Below are positions 60,158 through 64,000 of a stretch of 64,000 bases of DNA, piece by piece. Origin of the DNA: Candidatus Gastranaerophilales bacterium (GTDB taxonomy: Bacteria > Cyanobacteriota > Vampirovibrionia > Gastranaerophilales > Gastranaerophilaceae); NCBI GenBank assembly GCA_947625305.1, contig CANQNW010000007.1:36380-100379 (forward strand), read 5' to 3'. A model generated the notes under the pieces. That model was given only the letters and a program-made list of their open reading frames with translations. It made no database searches and was not told where the DNA came from. How positions within the stretch are numbered: the first letter of the stretch is position 1; each line of letters starts with the position of its first letter. Both the position numbers and the translations under genes were made by a program.

Positions 60158-60511
60158 ATGAACCCTATAGTTGAAAATTTAGGCAAAGAATATTTAAATA
60201 AAGAACTTCCGGAACTTACTCCGGGTGATACCGTAAAGGTTTTTGTAAGAATTGTTGAAGGAAACAAGGAAAGAACACAGGCTTTTGAAGGCACAATTCT
60301 TAAGAAAAGAGGAAGCGGAGTAGGTAAAACAATCACAGTAAGAAAGATTTTCCAAGGTGTAGGTGTAGAAAGGGTATTCCCTGTTTACTCACCTCGTGTT
60401 GAAAAAATCACAGTCGTAAGACGCGGTGATGTTAAACGTGCTAAGTTATATTACTTAAGAGAACGTTCAGGTAAAGCTACTCGTATCAGAGAAAAAATTG
60501 ATAAAAAATAG
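60158..60511 (+). CDS. rplS: 50S ribosomal protein L19
   Basis: [35 protein letters not shown] and [15 protein letters not shown]. Confidence 0.97.
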   Translation: MNPIVENLGKEYLNKELPELTPGDTVKVFVRIVEGNKERTQAFEGTILKKRGSGVGKTITVRKIFQGVGVERVFPVYSPRVEKITVVRRGDVKRAKLYYLRERSGKATRIREKIDKK

Positions 60512-60529
60512 TTTTATGAATTATATTTA

Positions 60530-60563
60530 AAAAAAGCCATACCCCCTTGAGTATGGCTTTTTA
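60530..60563 (+). terminator. Intrinsic terminator after rplS
   Basis: AGCCATAC (60535-60542) - loop - GTATGGCT (60551-60558) - TTTT. Confidence 0.7.
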
Positions 60564-60581
60564 TATATAAAAGAGGTTGAG

Positions 60582-61421
60582 ATGGATTATATTCAATGGT
60601 ACCCGGGGCATATTGCCAAAGCGGAAAAAAAATTAAAAGAGCAGGTAAGTATTGTCGATGTTGTCATTGAGGTTATTGATGCAAGAATACCCGTCAGCAG
60701 TTCATATCCTGACATTGAAAAACTTTTAAAAGATAAACCCCGATTAATCCTTATGAATAAATCCGACTTAGCGGATATAGAACAGACTAAAATCTGGCAG
60801 AAAGCAATAAAAGAACAATCAAAATGTGCGGTAATCGCAACAAGTTCATCAGATAATAGGGACTTATCTAAAATTTTAAATAAAATAACGGAACTTGGAC
60901 AGCCTAAGATTATAGCACTTGTAAAAAAAGGACTGCTCCCAAGAGCGGTAAGAGTAATGGTAGTCGGCATGCCGAATGTCGGAAAATCCAGTATTATAAA
61001 TAAACTGATAAAAAAGACAAAAGCTAAAACCGGCGCAAAAGCAGGTGTAACAAGAGAACAACAGTGGGTAAGAATTAATCCTAAAGTGGATTTATTGGAT
61101 ACTCCGGGGATTATCCCTTTAAAGCTTGAAAATCAGGAAAATGCCTGCAAGCTTGCATTTGTTGATTCAATTGGCGAAAATGCGTATGATGTTGAATTTA
61201 TTGCTCAAAAGTTTATTGAGATAATGAATGAAAATTATCCGAATTTATTAAAAGAATATTATAAAATCGGGGATGAGGATGTAAATCTTGAAAATATAGC
61301 ATTAAAGCGGAATTGGATAGTATCAGGGGCGAAAGCGGATACAAAACGGTGTGCGCAAAATATATTAAATGATTTTCGTTCGGGCAGACTGGGTAAATTA
61401 ACCTTGGATAAACATGAATAA
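60582..61421 (+). CDS. rbgA: Ribosome biogenesis GTPase A (YlqF/RbgA)
   Basis: Circularly permuted GTPase: IQWYPGHIAKA, DARIP, NKSDL and GMPNVGKSS, in that order. Confidence 0.9.
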   Translation: MDYIQWYPGHIAKAEKKLKEQVSIVDVVIEVIDARIPVSSSYPDIEKLLKDKPRLILMNKSDLADIEQTKIWQKAIKEQSKCAVIATSSSDNRDLSKILNKITELGQPKIIALVKKGLLPRAVRVMVVGMPNVGKSSIINKLIKKTKAKTGAKAGVTREQQWVRINPKVDLLDTPGIIPLKLENQENACKLAFVDSIGENAYDVEFIAQKFIEIMNENYPNLLKEYYKIGDEDVNLENIALKRNWIVSGAKADTKRCAQNILNDFRSGRLGKLTLDKHE

Positions 61422-62070
61422 GTTATTTGATTTTGATAAAAAAAAGTTAAAAGATTTTGATTATATAATCGGAACCGATGAGGCGGGCAGAGGCCCCGGG
61501 GCGGGCGGTGTTTTTGCGGCTGCAGTTTGTTTTAATTCTTTTGATAAGTCACTAATAAAATCACTTAATAAAATAAATGATTCAAAACAATTAAGCGAGA
61601 AAACAAGAGAAGAACTTTTTGAAATTATAACCGCAAACAGCATATATTCAATACATCAGGGCAGTGTTGAAGAAATAGAAAAGTATAATATTTTAGCTGT
61701 ATCATTAATGCAGATGAATAAAGCCTGTAATGATGTCATATCAAGGCTTAAAAGTGAAAATGTTATAACTTTGGTTGACGGTAATAAATTAATAAGAAAT
61801 TATAGTTTTCCGCAGAAAACAATAGTAAAAGGCGACAGTAAATCGGCATCTGTAGCAGGAGCAAGCATTTTGGCGAAAGTAACCCGTGACAGGTATATGA
61901 ATGAACTTGATAAAGAATTTCCGCAATACGGCTGGGCGCAAAATAAAGGCTATATGACAAAGGCTCATCTGGATGCGGTTGATAAATACGGACTTTGTAA
62001 ATACCACCGCAAAAAATTTTTTGAAAAACACTTTGAAACAGCTCAGCAATTATCACTTCTTAAATTTTAA
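61414..62070 (+). CDS. rnhB: Ribonuclease HII
   Basis: GTDEAGRGPGAGGVFAAAV, DSKQLSEKTRE, and SASVAGASILAKV. Confidence 0.92.
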   Translation: MNKLFDFDKKKLKDFDYIIGTDEAGRGPGAGGVFAAAVCFNSFDKSLIKSLNKINDSKQLSEKTREELFEIITANSIYSIHQGSVEEIEKYNILAVSLMQMNKACNDVISRLKSENVITLVDGNKLIRNYSFPQKTIVKGDSKSASVAGASILAKVTRDRYMNELDKEFPQYGWAQNKGYMTKAHLDAVDKYGLCKYHRKKFFEKHFETAQQLSLLKF

Positions 62071-62113
62071 GGTTAATTGTCTTCGTTTTTTCTGTTATTG
62101 TTGTTAACCCAAC

Positions 62114-62332
62114 CTAAAAATTTTTTTCAAATTCAGTTAAAAATTCAGCAGGGGTTTGATTAAATCCTTTTGCAATTTTTTCTAAAACATTTAATTTTAT
62201 ATTTTGTTTTAAAGTCTCAATCCTTGATAATATTGCAGGGTCAATATCGTTTGCAATGGCAAACTCATTAAGAGAGATATTTATTTTCTCTCGTTTTTTC
62301 CTTATATAATTTCCAAGATTTTTATATTGCAT
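62114..62332 (-). CDS. XRE-family HTH transcriptional regulator
   Basis: MQYKNLGNYIRKKREKINISLNEFAIANDIDPAILSRIE is a canonical Cro/C1 HTH. The start at 62332 is preferred over 62368, which would add a hydrophobic 12-aa extension and cover the operator. Confidence 0.7.
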   Translation of the reverse strand: MQYKNLGNYIRKKREKINISLNEFAIANDIDPAILSRIETLKQNIKLNVLEKIAKGFNQTPAEFLTEFEKNF

Positions 62333-62333
62333 T

Positions 62334-62381
62334 TTAACAATTATCAAATATAATGGATTAAAAATCATTGATAATTATCAA
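62334..62381 (-). promoter_or_regulatory. Pair of palindromic operator-like sites upstream of the XRE gene
   Basis: A perfect 14-bp palindrome TTGATAATTATCAA lies at 62368-62381. A degenerate copy TTGATAATTGTTAA (minus strand) lies at 62334-62347, 1 nt before the ATG. The centres are 34 bp apart. Confidence 0.5.
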
Positions 62382-62435
62382 TAGTAAAATGTATGAAAAA
62401 GAAATAGAAATAAATTAAAAATAGAAGACCAAATT

Positions 62436-62660
62436 ATGAGTATTGCTCAGGAAATAAATGAAATTGAAGGATGTTGTAATATAATTTCATGTGCAACAAC
62501 TAATGAATATGACCCTCCAAGAAATCAATATATTGATAACTCGGTTACGATATTGAAGGAATATGTTTTAAAAATTAAAGAAAAAATTGAAAAACACATT
62601 GAATATTGTGAAAAATTAGGAATATTTAATGATGCATATAACGATAAATTAAATATATAA
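62436..62660 (+). CDS. Small hypothetical protein (Cys-rich N-terminus)
   Basis: 74 aa, divergent from the XRE gene. The sequence is MSIAQEINEIEGCCNIISCATT... and no RBS is obvious. Confidence 0.3.
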   Translation: MSIAQEINEIEGCCNIISCATTNEYDPPRNQYIDNSVTILKEYVLKIKEKIEKHIEYCEKLGIFNDAYNDKLNI

Positions 62661-62672
62661 GCAAACAGCAGA

Positions 62673-63182
62673 TTAGTCTGTCTTTAATCCTTTCAGGTAC
62701 TCTTTTAAATTTTTAATTTCTTTTAAAGTCCTGTTTAAAAGCTGAGATTGGTAGTAATCAAGTTCAATAAATTCATCATTTAGTTTATTTTCGATTTCAA
62801 ACTGGTAAATATCCATTTTTTTAGTGAAATCAGTTATAAACTTTTTTCTGTCCTCAGGTTTTAAAAGCCCCATTGTGCCAAATCTTGCTTGAAGCTGAGT
62901 ATAAAATAACGAGGGATTATCACTTCCCGATTCAAAAAATAATTCTTTGAAATAGTCATAACCATGCTTTGTTATTGAATAGTAGGAGGATTTTTTCCCG
63001 CCTGATGATGTTATTTCGTTAAGTTCTACCGCTTTTTCTTTTAATAATCTTTTAAGAGCAGGGTATATTGTTCCGATACTCGGTTTTGTAAATGTGCCGA
63101 ATATCTCAATAATATCTTTTCTGATGGAATATATTGTTTTTTCTCTTTTATGAATAATATATAAAATTAAAATTTCTATCAT
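62673..63182 (-). CDS. PadR-family transcriptional regulator
   Basis: Winged-helix region IYSIRKDIIEIFGTFTKPSIGTIYPALKRLLKEKAV with a C-terminal dimerisation extension. Confidence 0.8.
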   Translation of the reverse strand: MIEILILYIIHKREKTIYSIRKDIIEIFGTFTKPSIGTIYPALKRLLKEKAVELNEITSSGGKKSSYYSITKHGYDYFKELFFESGSDNPSLFYTQLQARFGTMGLLKPEDRKKFITDFTKKMDIYQFEIENKLNDEFIELDYYQSQLLNRTLKEIKNLKEYLKGLKTD

Positions 63183-63285
63183 AGTTAACTTATAGCATAA
63201 TTCTTATTTTAGGGCTAAATGTTAAGAAAAAAATACTTGTTATCGGTATATATTTGTGACAAAATTTAACTGTAGGCAATTTATC

Positions 63286-63909
63286 ATGACAGATTACAAT
63301 TTAGTATATACACTTGACGGTAAAGTATACATTAATTTGACAAACAGTTGTACTAATGACTGCATATTTTGTATTCGTTCAATTAAAGATGATGTTGTAG
63401 GGGCTAATTTATTTTTAAATACCGAAAATGTTAATGCCGATGATGTGATTAAACAGCTTGAAGCTTTGCAAGACAAGCTATCCGATGAAATTATATTCTG
63501 CGGATACGGTGAACCTATGTTAAAACTTGATGTTTTAAAACAAGTTGCAAAATACATAAAAGAAAAATACCCCGATAAAAAATTACGGGTAAACACAAAC
63601 GGGCATGCTAATTATGTTTATAAAAGAAATGTAGTTCCCGCGTTAAAAGGTTTGATTGATGAGTTTTCCGTCAGCTTAAACGGAGAAGATGATAAAGAAT
63701 ATAATGAACTTTCTAAGCCTAATTTTGAAAATGCTTACGAGGAAGTAAAAAAATTTATAAAAGCCTGTGCCGATGCTGATATTAATGTCACTGCAACGGT
63801 TGTGGAGGGCTATAAAGGCAGACATCTGAACTTAAAAAAATGCGAAGAAATTGCAAAAAGCCTCGGTGCAAAGTTCAGGGTCAGAGAATGGATTGAAAAC
63901 GGTTACTAA
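63286..63909 (+). CDS. Radical SAM protein (small, TatD-associated-type)
   Basis: CxxxCxxC cluster motif NLTNSCTNDCIFCIRS near the N-terminus, in a roughly 207-aa protein. The ATG at 63286 is preferred over the GTG at 63256. Confidence 0.75.
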   Translation: MTDYNLVYTLDGKVYINLTNSCTNDCIFCIRSIKDDVVGANLFLNTENVNADDVIKQLEALQDKLSDEIIFCGYGEPMLKLDVLKQVAKYIKEKYPDKKLRVNTNGHANYVYKRNVVPALKGLIDEFSVSLNGEDDKEYNELSKPNFENAYEEVKKFIKACADADINVTATVVEGYKGRHLNLKKCEEIAKSLGAKFRVREWIENGY

Positions 63910-63929
63910 TAAAGGAAAGGACAAAATAT

Positions 63930-64000
63930 ATGAACACATTAGACAAAATTATGAAACCAAAGTCTATTGCAGTTATCGGAGCTTCAACAAAGCCGAAAAC
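63930..64000 (+). CDS. CoA-binding domain protein, N-terminal fragment (ADP-forming acetyl-CoA synthetase family candidate)
   Basis: ATG at 63930 after an AAAGGAAAGG RBS. MNTLDKIMKPKSIAVIGASTKPK matches the KSIAVIGAS Rossmann start of CoA-binding/ACS-ADP proteins. Truncated by the window end. Confidence 0.5.
   Translation, partial: MNTLDKIMKPKSIAVIGASTKPK

Noticed and set aside
62436-63909. The Cys-rich small ORF plus the nearby radical SAM gene as a RiPP (sactipeptide/ranthipeptide-like) cluster.
   Set aside because: The Cys cluster is at the N-terminus rather than in a C-terminal core. A PadR gene on the opposite strand separates the two genes. The radical SAM protein is small (about 207 aa), has no SPASM/twitch extension, and resembles the TatD-associated type. 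No transporter or protease is present.

Overview
This is a low-GC (about 30% by eye) bacterial chromosomal segment, densely coding on both strands. I support about 60 CDS and found no rRNA, tRNA, CRISPR array, transposase or integrase.

Most content is core:
- Metabolism and translation: nadE, an APC permease, glyQ, gap, two tandem PlsC-type acyltransferases, proS, murA, cdd, recA, secDF, rlmB, rsfS.
- Motility and signalling: a cheA-mcp / double-cheW chemotaxis patch, a PilZ / histidine kinase / HD-GYP c-di-GMP module, a group-3 sigma factor next to pilD, a pilMN fusion plus pilO, and a primary-type sigma factor.
- Envelope: atpD-atpC split from the other F1Fo genes, an MBOAT-centred surface-modification cluster, a fused M16 peptidase, an ECF sigma/anti-sigma operon bracketed by two LTXXQ (Spy/CpxP-like) proteins, and a 1501-aa AsmA/TamB-like protein.
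- Conserved operons: pgpH(yqfF)-ybeY-dgkA and rplS-rbgA-rnhB.

SLH domains, the TamB-like protein and type IV pilus genes indicate a diderm. Firmicute-like operons combined with a cyanobacterium-like atpBE split would fit a Melainabacteria/Vampirovibrionia-like lineage, but that is inference only.

Items worth a second look:
1. A 435-nt island at 58949-59383 is GC-rich (about 46% by hand count), repeat-dense, strand-asymmetric and non-coding. It is bracketed by terminators that point into it and matches no RNA family I can recognise.
2. An accessory island between proS and murA (29.9-35.6 kb) consists of hypothetical proteins: TPR-HExxH, an HNH-like nuclease, a polytopic membrane protein, a small acidic protein and an SLH protein. 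Four of them, plus one at 15.8 kb, share an N-terminal leader (MKI... then [SNP]F[KN][GS] near residue 20-32) and lack a Sec signal peptide.
3. A G9 homopolymer lies inside a polytopic membrane gene of the surface-modification cluster and is a candidate phase-variation switch.
4. CheA has a roughly 300-aa spacer in place of P2 and a C-terminal pseudo-receiver.

All product calls rest on motifs read by eye. No database search was possible.
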